A stretch of 63,958 nucleotides of DNA, filler included, from Thraustochytrium aureum (Eukaryota): assembly GCA_012862495.1 (NCBI GenBank). It is 6 parts of 4 records of this genome, joined end to end, with 100 filler letters (N's around TTAATTAATTAA, not from the genome) between each part and the next. Parts side by side here need not be neighbours in the genome. Positions count along the whole stretch, not along the records: positions 1 to 30,744 come from BLSG01000452.1; 5 more parts are not named here. One strand, given 5' to 3'. Below are positions 1 through 11,041 of this stretch, piece by piece. The notes beneath the pieces are model-generated. The model ran no database searches. It was not told where the DNA came from and was given only the letters and a program-made list of their open reading frames with translations. How positions within the stretch are numbered: position 1 is the first letter of the stretch; each line of letters begins with the position of its first letter. The translations under genes and the position numbers were made by a program.

Positions 1-113
1 GCTGTTGTTGTTGCTGCGGGTGCCGTGCTCGTGCATCCGCAGCGTGCGCGGCCTCTTGCACGTCTGCGGGTTTCGGGGACGTGGAGGTCGCGGTCGCGGT
101 GGTGGTCGTGAAC

Positions 114-1988
114 ATGGTGCTGCTGTCGGCCGCGCGAGCGAGTCGGTCAACGCGCCGCCTTGCCGCCCTGAGCTCGAAGAGGTGGCTTGCCGGAGACTCG
201 GCGCGAACGTCGCTGCCGAAGGTGTACACGGGAATGATAGAAAAGGGAGAGATCGTGGACGACCAGTCGCAGAGGCGCGTCGTTGCTGCGCTTCAGAGGG
301 TGAGCAGGAGCCTCGAGGGCTACGCGGCGCCGAAAGTGTCGCTGCTAGAGTCGCACAAACGCGCTGTGGAAGACAGACGCCGCAGGGAGGAGGAGAAGAA
401 CGGGGTGGGCGCCGTGCTGAACGACAAATTCGGAATGGCGTTCTCGCTGCTTGGCGGAAGCCTCGCTCGAATGATGCGCAAGCCGTCGAGCCATGCCGAT
501 GGCCCCAGGGCAGACGCATCATCCGGCGAGCCACAGGGCGAGCTAGTCCTGACGAAGATGGAGCTGCTCAGGCGGCCCGATTTGGTCGCTGTGGACGGGA
601 TCCTATACGATCTGGACAGCTTCATGCCAAAGCACCCTGGCGGCCCGGTTGTGCAAAACGTCGGGGGCACTGACGCGACGGCCGTATTTCGCGAGATGCA
701 CATCGAAGCCATCATAAAGCGCGCCCCAAAGGTCCTTGAAAAGTACAAGGTCGGAAGGCTCGTGTCGGGAGGAAACAGCGACGAACGCGCCGCCGAGGCA
801 GAGACCGATTCGTTCTTTCCACGCGGTTTGTACATTTGGGGCGGCCCGGGCTGCGGGAAAACGTTTTTGGCCGACCTCTTCTTCGAGCACGCACCAGTCG
901 CAAAGAAGCGCCGCGTGCACTTTCATCAGTTCATGATCGAGGTCCACCAAAAGCAGCACGCGCTCAAGCAGGCAGGTCTCGGCGCGGACATTTGGCTCCG
1001 CATCGCAGACGACCTCAAAGCTTCCACCGAGCTGCTTTGTTTGGACGAGTTTATGGTGAGCGATGTGGCTGATGCGATGATCGTCGGCGAGCTGTTCAAG
1101 GCCATCTGGAAGGGCGGCGTTGTCGTCGTCGCCACCAGCAACCGCGAGCCCGCCGATTTGTACAAGAACGGGATCCAGCGCCACCTATTCATGCCTTTCG
1201 TGCACGAGCTGGAGCGCCGCTGCAAGGTTGTGCGGCTCAAGAGCGACAAGGACTACCGGCTTGAGATCATGGAGCGCGCCAAGCATCTCGAGCTCGAGAC
1301 GCACGACCGGTTCTTTGCGGTGCGCCCTGCAGGGGCTCGGCGGAACGAGGCGTTTGAGACGATATGGGCGGCGTACACTGGCGGCAACCACATTGCTTCC
1401 AAGATGTATGAGCTTGGCCACCGTCGCCGCGTCATGTTGCGCGAAGTTTGCGAGGAGCTGAACGCGGTGCGCATCCCGTTCGCTGACCTGTGTGGGGAGA
1501 CAGAGCAGCCGATGGGTGTGGCGGACTATTTGGTCATGGCGACAGAGTTCGATGTCGTCTTTGTCGAGGAGCTGCCGCAGCTTGACTTTGACGACCTCGA
1601 CACCATGCGGCGCTGGATTTCGTTCGTCGACATTATGTACGACGAGCGCATTCTTGTGGTCGTCGATGGCGCACGCCCCATCAACGACTTGCTGCGTGAC
1701 GAGGGCCTTGATGAGGCCGAGCTTTCGGCCAAGCTGCTCGCCGGCAAAGTGGATGTCATGGGAGACGAGTACCTGGCGCAGACGGTGCACGACCTCAACC
1801 AGCCGGGTGACGCTGCCTACCAAACGCAGGCGGGCCAGGAGTCTGTGGACGAGATCTTTGCCTTTAACCGCATGCGCTCACGTTTGCACGAAATGCAAGG
1901 CGCGGCCTACATGCTTGCCAGCGGAGCACAGAACAAAGCCGCTCTCTCGGGTCTGGCAGAGCCTGCGCAGCAGGCGGACGTGGCCTAG
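114..1988 (+). CDS. AFG1: AFG1/LACE1 (ZapE family) mitochondrial ATPase with an inserted cytochrome b5-like heme-binding domain
   Basis: First ATG at 114 followed by an Arg/Ser/Ala-rich presequence. Walker A RGLYIWGGPGCGKT, RRVHFHQFM, Walker B LCLDEFMVSDVADAM and ATSNREPADLYKNGIQR are AFG1 signatures. A b5 motif VAVDGILYDL..F..KHPGG..DATAVFREMH..LEKYKVGRL lies at ~540-762. Confidence 0.93.
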   Translation: MVLLSAARASRSTRRLAALSSKRWLAGDSARTSLPKVYTGMIEKGEIVDDQSQRRVVAALQRVSRSLEGYAAPKVSLLESHKRAVEDRRRREEEKNGVGAVLNDKFGMAFSLLGGSLARMMRKPSSHADGPRADASSGEPQGELVLTKMELLRRPDLVAVDGILYDLDSFMPKHPGGPVVQNVGGTDATAVFREMHIEAIIKRAPKVLEKYKVGRLVSGGNSDERAAEAETDSFFPRGLYIWGGPGCGKTFLADLFFEHAPVAKKRRVHFHQFMIEVHQKQHALKQAGLGADIWLRIADDLKASTELLCLDEFMVSDVADAMIVGELFKAIWKGGVVVVATSNREPADLYKNGIQRHLFMPFVHELERRCKVVRLKSDKDYRLEIMERAKHLELETHDRFFAVRPAGARRNEAFETIWAAYTGGNHIASKMYELGHRRRVMLREVCEELNAVRIPFADLCGETEQPMGVADYLVMATEFDVVFVEELPQLDFDDLDTMRRWISFVDIMYDERILVVVDGARPINDLLRDEGLDEAELSAKLLAGKVDVMGDEYLAQTVHDLNQPGDAAYQTQAGQESVDEIFAFNRMRSRLHEMQGAAYMLASGAQNKAALSGLAEPAQQADVA

Positions 1989-2980
1989 CTTTAGCTCGAG
2001 CCGGCCGGCGGCCAGCGGATACGGCGCTTGCGTGCGAAGCTGACGCTCTCCCACAAGGTGCGCCGCGACGCAATCAAACAAGACATCTGTATGTGTTCAA
2101 CCCTTCTGCCAAACTCGGCGGAATCAGCAGAATTTTCAGATTGCGCGCCAAAGCCCAAACTAAACCNNNNNNNNNNNNNNNNNNNNNNNNNNNNNNNNNN
2201 NNNNNNNNNNNNNNNNNNNNNNNNNNNNNNNNNNNNNNNNNNNNNNNNNNNNNNNNNNNNNNNNNNNNNNNNNNNNNNNNNNNNNNNNNNNNNNNNNNNN
2301 NNNNNNNNNNNNNNNNNNNNNNNNNNNNNNNNNNNNNNNNNNNNNNNNNNNNNNNNNNNNNNNNNNNNNNNNNNNNNNNNNNNNNNNNNNNNNNNNNNNN
2401 NNNNNNNNNNNNNNNNNACCGCGCGTGTTGTTGAAATGCTTTCGCGACGCCGAGCGCGGCGGGCCTGGCGGGTTTCTTCTCAATTGACGAGTATCGGTCG
2501 CCGGGAAGCCTCCACATTCCCAGCTGCGTTGCGCTGTCCGTTCATTCTTTCAACCTCTTGGGCACTGATGCTGTTCAACAAGCAGGCGTTCGCGGATCGT
2601 TCCGCCTTTCGCCAGCGACCGGCAGGCAGCAGCAGGCAGCGCAGGCGGAGCAGACCCCTGTTGCCCGGCCTGTCCCGTCGCCCGCCCCGGCGCCCGCGCA
2701 GTCTGCGCGCTGGACCCCGAGGTCGGGCCGCGAGGCCGCCGAGCGCGTCCACCGTCGCTATCTTTCCCTTCTTTCTTCGCCGATTTTGTGTGGCTCTCCA
2801 CGCTGCGCAGGCCGGGAGCAGACCCCCAACGCACGCACGCACGCACGCACGCTCGGACGCACGGGCGCGCGCGGGTCGAGCTGGGCTGAGGCGAGGTCGC
2901 GGGCACGGATCAATACACGGACGGGCTCGAGCGCCTTGCGCAGGGCAGAACTAGGTTTGATTGTGGTGGCGGCGGACGCC

Positions 2981-5849
2981 ATGTTGAAGCTCGCCGTGTC
3001 CAAGGCCACGAGCCGGCTGGCCGTGTTCAAGTGCCTGGTGGCGGCCGAGGTGGCTGGGGTTGAGGTGCAGGCCGTGGCTTCGAAAAAGGTGGCGCTGACG
3101 CTGCCGAACAGGGTCCCCGCGCTCGTGGATGGAGCCAGCCTCGAGCTCTTCGGCGAGCATGCCATCGTGCAGTACCTCGGCACGAGCAAGAACGCGCTGG
3201 ACAACTCGATAGAAGGGAGCGATTGGGTCGAGCTTGACCAGCGGCACGCAGCAAAGTGGGAGACGGCCCCGGCCGCCATCGAGGAGCGCCTCAACACGCA
3301 TTCCGTTGGGAAATACCTCGGCGCCCCGAGCAAGATTGGAGTCGCCGACGTCTGCGTGGGCTGCACCCTGGCATTTGCCAAGGAGAACGGGATTCAGCTC
3401 GGGCCGCGGTCCTCGAGCTGGCTGACCCAGCTGAGCGAGGGGCACCCCGCCTTCGCGTCGGGCTGGGCAAAGTCCGGCATGGTCGCCCAGGACCTGATGG
3501 CTTCCTACGTGGCCATCCGAAACACGCAGCGGGCGAGCGTTATGCGCGTCCTTCAGGAGGCGTGCGGCAATGCCCTGGCTAGCTTTGGACCTGCTGGGGC
3601 CGCAACCGAGCCCATGATCGGCGAGGGCAACAAGAAAAACCAATCCGGGGTCCCGCCAGAGTACCAGATCAACAATGCGATGAGCCTCTTCAAGGCACTT
3701 GGAGGCGCAGACCCCTCTATCAAGAGCCCGCGCGACGTCGCTGTCCAGCTCCAGGCTGCCCTGGACGCGGAGAAGGACGTGTTTGGTGGCGAGGTGGTCT
3801 CCAAGGCCGAGGTTGCGGGCCCCGGCTTTATCAACGTCTTTCTGTCAGAGTCGTTCGTGTCGCAGCGCGTCCGCACGATCATCGAAGAGGCCAAGCTGCT
3901 TGCGCCGACCACGCAGCCGCGCAAGGTAGGCGTCGACTTTAGCTCGCCGAACGTGGCCAAGGAGATGCACGTTGGTCACCTGCGGTCGACGATTATCGGC
4001 GAGGTGCTCTGCCGGTTGTTGACCTTTTCGGGTCACGAGGTGAAGCGCATCAACCACATTGGGGACTGGGGGACACAGTTCGGCATGCTCCTCACCTACA
4101 TGCGGCACAACCACCCGAACTTTTTGGAGGAGGCCCCGACGATCAGCGACCTAGACGTACGTTTCGATTGGTTTGCTCACTGCTGGCCGTGCGCACCTGC
4201 TGGCGGTCCGAAAGTACCGCTGTTTTGCCGATTGCAAGCGCACTCCGCTGCCTTAAGGTCCGCTGGCGGCCTGGTGGCTTTTTTTCGCTTGCCAGAATGT
4301 CGCGTGCGAGCCGCACGTAGCTTGCCGCTCACTCCCCAGGGACGGCTCGTACCCAAGGCTCAGCACACATACCTTTTTCCTTGCCATGCGACTGGCGTTT
4401 CCGACCCACCGCACCTGCCGACTGCAAGCGCACTCCGCTGCCTTAAGGCCCGCTGGCGGCCTGGTGGCTTTTTTTCGCTTGCCAGAATGTCGCGTGCGAG
4501 CCGCACGTAGCTTGCCGCTCACTCCCCAGGGACGGCTCGTACCCAAGGCTCAGCACACATACCTTGCTCCAATTCGCGCCCTTTCACGGGCTCGCCACTC
4601 GCGCTTCGCAACAACCACTAACGATTCCCGACTCGCGCAGGCCTTCTACCGTCAAGCCAAAGCGTCTTTCGACGCGAGCGACGATTTCAAGAACGAGGCG
4701 CGCCAAGAGGTGGTCCGTCTCCAAAGCGGCGACGAAGCGGCGCTGGCAGGCTGGCGCCAATTCCTACGCGTCAGCGAGAGCATGCTGTTCCAAGTGTACG
4801 ACCGGCTCGGCGTCACCTTCCCAGACGGCCTTTGCGGCGAGTCGTTCTATAACAGCCGCATCCCGGCAGTTGTGAACGAGCTCGAGAGCAAAGGCCTCCT
4901 CAAGGTTGAGGATGGGGCCAAGTGCCTCTTCACAGAGGTCTTTAGCGTACCGTTGTTCGTTGTCAAGCGCGACGGCGGCTACGGATACGACTCGACCGAC
5001 CTCGCCGCGATCAAGTACCGCACGTCAGAGCTCGGCCTGGACTGGCTCATCTACGTGGTGGACAACGGCCAGGAAAACCACTTCCTCGCCTGCTTCGAGG
5101 CAAGCCAGCGCGCCGGCTGGGTTGACGGCGTGCGCCTCGACCATGTCGGCTTTGGCGTCGTCTGCGGGGAGGACCGCAAGCGTTTCCGCACCCGACAGGG
5201 CGGTACAGTGCGGCTCGTTGACCTGCTCGACGAGGCCTGCAGCCGCATGGTGGCCGACCTCGAAGCGCGCGTGGCCGAGGGCCGCTCGCCTCTTACCCGA
5301 GAGGAGATTCCTGAAGCCGCCGCCAAAATCGGCTACTCGGCTGTAAAGTACTTTGACCTGAAAAACTCTCGCGAGCGCGACTACGTCTTCGACTACGACG
5401 CCATGCTCTCGAGTGACGGGGACACGGCTGTATATCTCATTTACTCGTACGCGCGCATTTGCAACATCGAGGCGCGGATCCGCGAGCGGGTCGGGATTGA
5501 TCCCGCCGACATTCGAACCCGCGCCTTGGAAAACTTTCATTTGTCGCGCGAGTTTCCCCTCGAGTGGGAGCTTGCCACGCAGCTTCTCCGCTTCCCCGAG
5601 GTCCTGGAGCGCTGCACCGACGAGCTTCGCCCGCACCACTTGTGCGCTTTCACATACAACCTGGCAACGGTGTTTGCTCGCTTTTACACCAACCACCGCA
5701 TCATCGTTCCTGTTGGCGAGGGCGCTGACGCGTCGCATAGACTCGATCCAGACCACGGGGCGCGCTGGGTCAGCCTCGTCTACGCCGTCAAGGTCGCACT
5801 GCGCGACTCGTTCGCGCTGCTTGGGATCGAGCCGCTCGAGCGCATCTAA
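2981..5849 (+). CDS. RARS: Cytosolic arginyl-tRNA synthetase with N-terminal GST-like domain; exons 2981-4156 and 4641-5849
   Basis: [23 protein letters not shown] (HIGH motif), [52 protein letters not shown] and C-terminal [10 protein letters not shown]. Splicing joins [16 protein letters not shown], matching the ArgRS consensus. Confidence 0.96.
4157..4640 (+). other. Spliceosomal intron of ArgRS (484 nt, phase 0)
   Basis: Donor GTACGT at 4157, branch CACTAAC at 4616-4622, acceptor GCAG ending at 4640; removal restores a continuous ArgRS frame. Confidence 0.9.
4226..4565. repeat. Two direct repeats of 150 nt (4226-4375 and 4416-4565) inside the ArgRS intron
   Basis: Copies are offset by 190 nt and identical except T/C at 4232/4422 and 4259/4449. 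Confidence 0.95.
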
Positions 5850-6722
5850 ACCACGCACATGCTTTTCTCGTTTATTTCTCGTTTGTTGACATGGATGCTT
5901 TGGGCTCTTCGCGGTTTGATTGAGCGTGGTTTGAGCCCGCTCCGGCTCGTGGCGTTTGGTCACGTGCAGCGATGTGCCGATTGGTCCCGCATTGAGAAGG
6001 GGCAGCTGCTCTTTTCTCTCGCCCGACCCATCCGTCGAATGGCACCCAGGAGAATACCGGTAGTTGACGGCGAGGCGAGTCTCACGAGCGGTTTCGAGAT
6101 CGCTGAATGAGAAGGAAGAGCAACCCCCAAAAGGTGATCGAAAGGGCACTGGAGCAGGATCGACGGGGGCACCTCGCTGCGCCGACAGTGTGGCTGCGCG
6201 CTGGAGAGGTCCCGAATGAAAGAAACACAAGCACGCTCCAGAGGTCCCAAAATCATACGTACTGGTAGAAATACACCGGTATGCACCGATGAGATGAAAC
6301 CAAACGCCAAGAAAAGCAAAACCGAACGCCAAGAGCCCACCCCTGCGCGCTTCATCAGAGCGCAGATGCGCGCGAAGTAGGTACGTCCCAATCGATGCCT
6401 CGAGACCAGAGCCAACAGTCTTTGACCAGAACAGACGTCATTTCGTCTCCTAGCTAGAGGGTTAGGCTGCTGGGTTAGGTCGTGAGAAAAAGTTACCGTT
6501 TCATTTGACCCGTGCGCGAATGAATCGGACGGAGCTCGAGGCCTCGTACTCATGGCAGACCAGCGCGGACGCAGGCAGGCAAACACAAAGTGTTGCAGAC
6601 AAGGGAGCGCGGTGGCTTCACGCGGCGAGGTACTCTGCAGCTTGCGTGCGTTGCGATAGATCGCGCGCGCCGCTCAAGGAGCGCGGCCCGTCGCTCGCAG
6701 CTCGGCAGACTCGCGGTGCATA

Positions 6723-8954
6723 ATGTCGTACAGCAGCGAACTGGAGCATGGCATTGGGTACCTGTGCACAGAGCAGCCGAGCTTGCATGTGCTCCCGGGC
6801 GGCAGAGAAGTTGTGTATGCGCAAGGGTCCTCCGTCGTGATCCGAGCCTTTGATGATCCGCACGACCAGGTCTTCCTGCGCGGGCATGGTGCTCCCGTGA
6901 CCTGCGTTGAGCTGTCAGGGCGCGGGCGGTTTCTCGCCTCGGGAGACNNNNNNNNNNNNNNNNNNNNNNNNNNNNNNNNNNNNNNNNNNNNNNNNNNNNN
7001 NNNNNNNNNNNNNNNNNNNNNNNNNNNNNNNNNNNNNNNNNNNNNNNNNNNNNNNNNNNNNNNNNNNNNNNNNNNNNNNNNNNNNNNNNNNNNNNNNNNN
7101 NNNNNNNNNNNNNNNNNNNNNNNNNNNNNNNNNNNNNNNNNNNNNNNNNNNNNNNNNNNNNNNNNNNNNNNNNNNNNNNNNNNNNNNNNNNNNNNNNNNN
7201 NNNNNNNNNNNNNNNNNNNNNNNNNNNNNNNNNTCTGACGTTGTCGTGTGGGACGTAGAGACCCGCCAAGAGGTGTGGCGGTTCAGCGAGCACGACAACG
7301 GGGTGCGAATTCTGAGCTTCACGCCGGACGAGAGGCTGCTGCTGATCATCGGCTATGACGGCCGCCTGAGCATCTTTGACGTAAAGACGGGCATGCTTGT
7401 GGTGGCCACCTCGCTGCCCGCGAGCATTGGCAAGGTGAACTGCGCGAGCTGGGGCGGCTTTGTGAAGGACGTCAAGCGGCGCGACACCGAAAGCTACCAG
7501 TTCGCGACTGCTGGCGACAGCATCGTCATGTGGGCTGTCAACCCGTACACGGGGCAGCTCGCCCTGCAACCTGCAGAATCGCGCCGCAACACGCGCCAAT
7601 GCGTATGCCTCGTCTTCGTGCACCTACCAGACTCTGCAGGCCGGGAAGGGTATTTTGACGAGTTTGTGTTGGCAGGCACGCAGAGCGGAGACTTTGTTTC
7701 CTTCCTCATCAAGCCGAACAGGAGCGGACCAGACACGGCCCCTATCGCCTCCTTTGCGCAGTCCACACTTGCCTGCAGTGGCGGTGTGCTATCGCTCGCC
7801 GTCGACCGCTCGAACGAATCGCTGCTTGCCGTAGGGGGCCGAGACGGCTCGCTCGTCCTGTTCGCCTACCGCGAGGCCGAAGGAAGCTGGATTGACGTCG
7901 ACGCTACGCAACTCAATGGACCCGTGCAGGCCGTGGCGTTTGCTTCAGGCGCCGACCAGGTCGTGGCCGGGACAACTGCCGGCCACCTTGTCCGCGGACG
8001 ATGCGGATCGTTGAGCAAGGGGACGGTCTTGATTGCGGCCAACCCGTCCAGCCCTTTGACTGGGGTCTCGTTTGCGCCAGACTCTAGCATTTCGTTCGCC
8101 ACGGCTTCCGAGGACGGCAAGATCAGAGTTTGGTCTGCGGTAGACTATTCCGTGTCGATGGAAACCTCCGTCCCAGGCGGGGGCTACCCCTCTTGCTTGC
8201 AGTTCAGCATCGAGGCCGTCATCTCGGGCTGGACGGACGGATGCGTGCGCTCGCACCACGCCAGCACCGGCGAAATGCTCTGGCAGATCAAGGACGCGCA
8301 CAACAGCGGGGTGAGCGCGCTCAGGATCAGCAACAACATGCGCTACGTAATTACAGGCGCCGAGGACGGCGATGTGCGCGTCTGGGAGCTGCGGCGGCGC
8401 CAGCTCGTCTCGCACCTCAAAGAACACTCCGCCCGCGTCACCTCGATCGCCCTCTTCGACGACGACGTGCACGCCATCACGTGTAGCAAGGACCGCTCGT
8501 TCCTGTGCTGGGACTTGCGCCAGGACAAGCGCATCAGCGCCCACACACAGCGGATGGGCGGCATCAACGCGATCGCGCTCAACCACGATCAGACCGTGGT
8601 CATTTCCATGGGGCAAGAGCGAACAGTGCGTTTTGGGACTTGCGCGAGCCGACCCCGATATCGGCGGTTCACACGGCGCAGCAAGGCATGCACGGCGACG
8701 AGGCGACCAGCGTGGCTGTGGCGCACTCGGGCAACCTATTCGCCACTGGTGGTGCCGACAGCCTGGTCAAGCTCTGGACCTTGGTTGAGGACCGCCCGGT
8801 GCTCTTGCAGGACAACATTGGCCACACGGGCGTCGTCAGCGCCATGTCATTCACGGCGGACGACAAGCAGCTCGTCTCGGTGGGCCGCGACGGTGCCATC
8901 TTTGTGTGGAACATCTTTCCAGAGCTGCCCGAGGAGGCCAAGTCAAAAAAGTGA
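6723..8954 (+). CDS. WD40-repeat cilia/flagella protein, CFAP52/WDR16-like (N gap; frameshift near 8628)
   Basis: N-terminus ELEHGIGY...QVFLRGH...FLASGD; many GH/WD repeats (VVVWDV, VITGAEDGDVRVWEL, CSKDRSFLCWDL, LVSVGRDGAIFVWN). The last repeats are in another frame (8505..8954 ORF). Confidence 0.8.
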
Positions 8955-9171
8955 GCGCTCGTTCGATCGGTGGNNNNNNNNNNNNNNNNNNNNNNNNNNN
9001 NNNNNNNNNNNNNNNNNNNNNNNNNNNNNNNNNNNNNNNNNNNNNNNNNNNNNNNNNNNNNNNNNNNNNNNNNNNNTGGTGGGGTGCGTTGTTTCATGAA
9101 ATCAGGAAGAAGATAGAATAGCTTTACAAAGGAAACCACCAAGCGCAGCTGATGTACTGGCACGCTACCGA

Positions 9172-10125
9172 CTATTCCATCTTGAGCCCAATCTGCAGAA
9201 GAAACGCCATTTGCTCCTCTGAGATAGCTTGCGGACGCTGCTCCCGTGGCTTGGCTGCAAACGCAAGCACCAGCAGCTTCATCTTCTTGCCGAGCACCAC
9301 CTCCTTTACCACTGAGCAGGCCGGGTCTGTGAGCGCACCACCGAGCTCCGCGTTGAACGGCAACTTTAGCGCAACGTAGCGCGCGTGGGCGCCCAGCTCG
9401 GCGCAAACCTCGGCGAGCGGCTTGTTCGAGAGAAAGAGCTCGACGCGGTCCCGCTTGACGTAGCCCTTGCCGCCCCACGGTGGGTCTAAAAACAGAATGT
9501 CCTGCTTAATCGTGGGGCAGACACGCATGCAGTCGCCAAGGTAAGTGCATATGCGCCCGATGATTGGCCGCAGGGCTGTTCCGATCCCGTCTTCCGCGGT
9601 GCTATCGCCAGCTGGCGCCGCCTCTGCCACCGCGAGGTCGTTCTGGTGCTCGAGGCAGATCTGCAAGTTGTTGTTGAGCATGTCAAGTCGAGCCTGGTCC
9701 AACTCGACCGCATTTACCAGGCGAAAGTACCGCGCGAAAGAGATCGTGTTGCCTCCGACGCATGCTGTTGCGTCGGTGATTACGCTGTCTGCCGAGATGT
9801 GTGGCAGATCCATGAGCTCGGTTGAGATCTTCTCCGCAGTTCGCATGTCTGTCACGCTAAAGCTCGCCACCTCGTCCATCTGGATGCGCACCATGAGGTG
9901 GGTCGGCAGCTCGCCCCAGAGACAGTCCCACTTGAACTGTTTGCTCTTTGGCGCCGTGCTACGATCCAGGACGGCTTCGGCAAACTCGCCGCCACCGTAC
10001 CCGGCACTCCCGTCCGACGCTAAAAGAGCGCGCTCGCCTGCCAAAAGCGATGCGCTCGCCGGGACAAACCCGGGTGGGGGTAAAGGGTCGTCGAACACGC
10101 TGCGCCCTTGCGGCATGAGCTCCAT
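9172..10125 (-). CDS. TGS1-like SAM-dependent RNA cap guanine-N2 methyltransferase (5' end uncertain)
   Basis: ASFSVT, VITDATACVGGNTISFA (motif I), VNAVELD, ILFLDPPWGGKGY and YVALKLPFN match the Tgs family. Confidence 0.8.
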   Translation of the reverse strand: MELMPQGRSVFDDPLPPPGFVPASASLLAGERALLASDGSAGYGGGEFAEAVLDRSTAPKSKQFKWDCLWGELPTHLMVRIQMDEVASFSVTDMRTAEKISTELMDLPHISADSVITDATACVGGNTISFARYFRLVNAVELDQARLDMLNNNLQICLEHQNDLAVAEAAPAGDSTAEDGIGTALRPIIGRICTYLGDCMRVCPTIKQDILFLDPPWGGKGYVKRDRVELFLSNKPLAEVCAELGAHARYVALKLPFNAELGGALTDPACSVVKEVVLGKKMKLLVLAFAAKPREQRPQAISEEQMAFLLQIGLKME

Positions 10126-11041
10126 CGCCGCCTCGTCCAGGGCATGTTGAAAGCAAACGGGCTGCGTTATCGGCTCGGCGGTTCGCCCACCAGCCGCCGC
10201 ATCATCCGTCGACCGNNNNNNNNNNNNNNNNNNNNNNNNNNNNNNNNNNNNNNNNNNNNNNNNNNNNNNNNNNNNNNNNNNNNNNNNNNNNNNNNNNNNN
10301 NNNNNNNNNNNNNNNNNNNNNNNNNNNNNNNNNNNNNNNNNNNNNNNNNNNNNNNNNNNNNNNNNNNNNNNNNNNNNNNNNNNNNNNNNNNNNNNNNNNN
10401 NNNNNNNNNNNNNNNNNNNNNNNNNNNNNNNNNNNNNNNNNNNNNNNNNNNNNNNNNNNNNNNNNNNNNNNNNNNNNNNNNNNNNNNNNNNNNNNNNNNN
10501 NNNNNNNNNNNNNNNNNNNNNNNNNNNNNNNNNNNNNNNNNNNNNNNNNNNNNNNNNNNNNNNNNNNNNNNNNNNNNNNNNNNNNNNNNNNNNNNNNNNN
10601 NNNNNNNNNNNNNNNNNNNNNNNNNNNNNNNNNNNNNNNNNNNNNNNNNNNNNNNNNNNNNNNNNNNNNNNNNNNNNNNNNNNNNNNNNNNNNNNNNNNN
10701 NNNNNNNNNNNNNNNNNNNNNNNNNNCTCTAGAGAGAGCCGTTGCCGTGATCCTGAGACAAATTGGATCGCCAATGAACGACGGTAGCAGCTGACAGCGA
10801 GCAGCGAGCAGCGACGACGCGCGAGAGACGACTTCGGGACACGCTCGAGACAGCAGACGTCGAGACCCCCGCGACGTCAGAGCGCCTGCGCTACGTGAGT
10901 GCTGCACGGCAAGAACAAGGCCACGACGACGACGAGGACGAGGACGACGACGACGACGCGCAGCGCCAGCCAGTACATGGTGGCATAGCTAAACATCTCA
11001 ACACCGAGCGAGGCGCCCGCGAGAATCAGTTGTCGAGGAGG

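Noticed and set aside
2558..4510. ArgRS as two overlapping ORFs or a frameshifted pseudogene
   Set aside because: Explained by a canonical GT-AG intron at 4157-4640.
4226..4565. Intronic TPP riboswitch
   Set aside because: Lacks the CTGAGA...ACCTGAT...TAAT...GCGNAGG core on either strand, and the host gene is unrelated to thiamine.
6455..6482. Telomeric TTAGGG-like repeats
   Set aside because: Only two separated GGGTTAGG units; not an array.
5880..6600. Gene between ArgRS and the CFAP52-like gene (ORFs 5960..6586 and 5025..6332, minus)
   Set aside because: No recognisable domain or coding-like codon bias; the long ORF is largely the antisense shadow of ArgRS.
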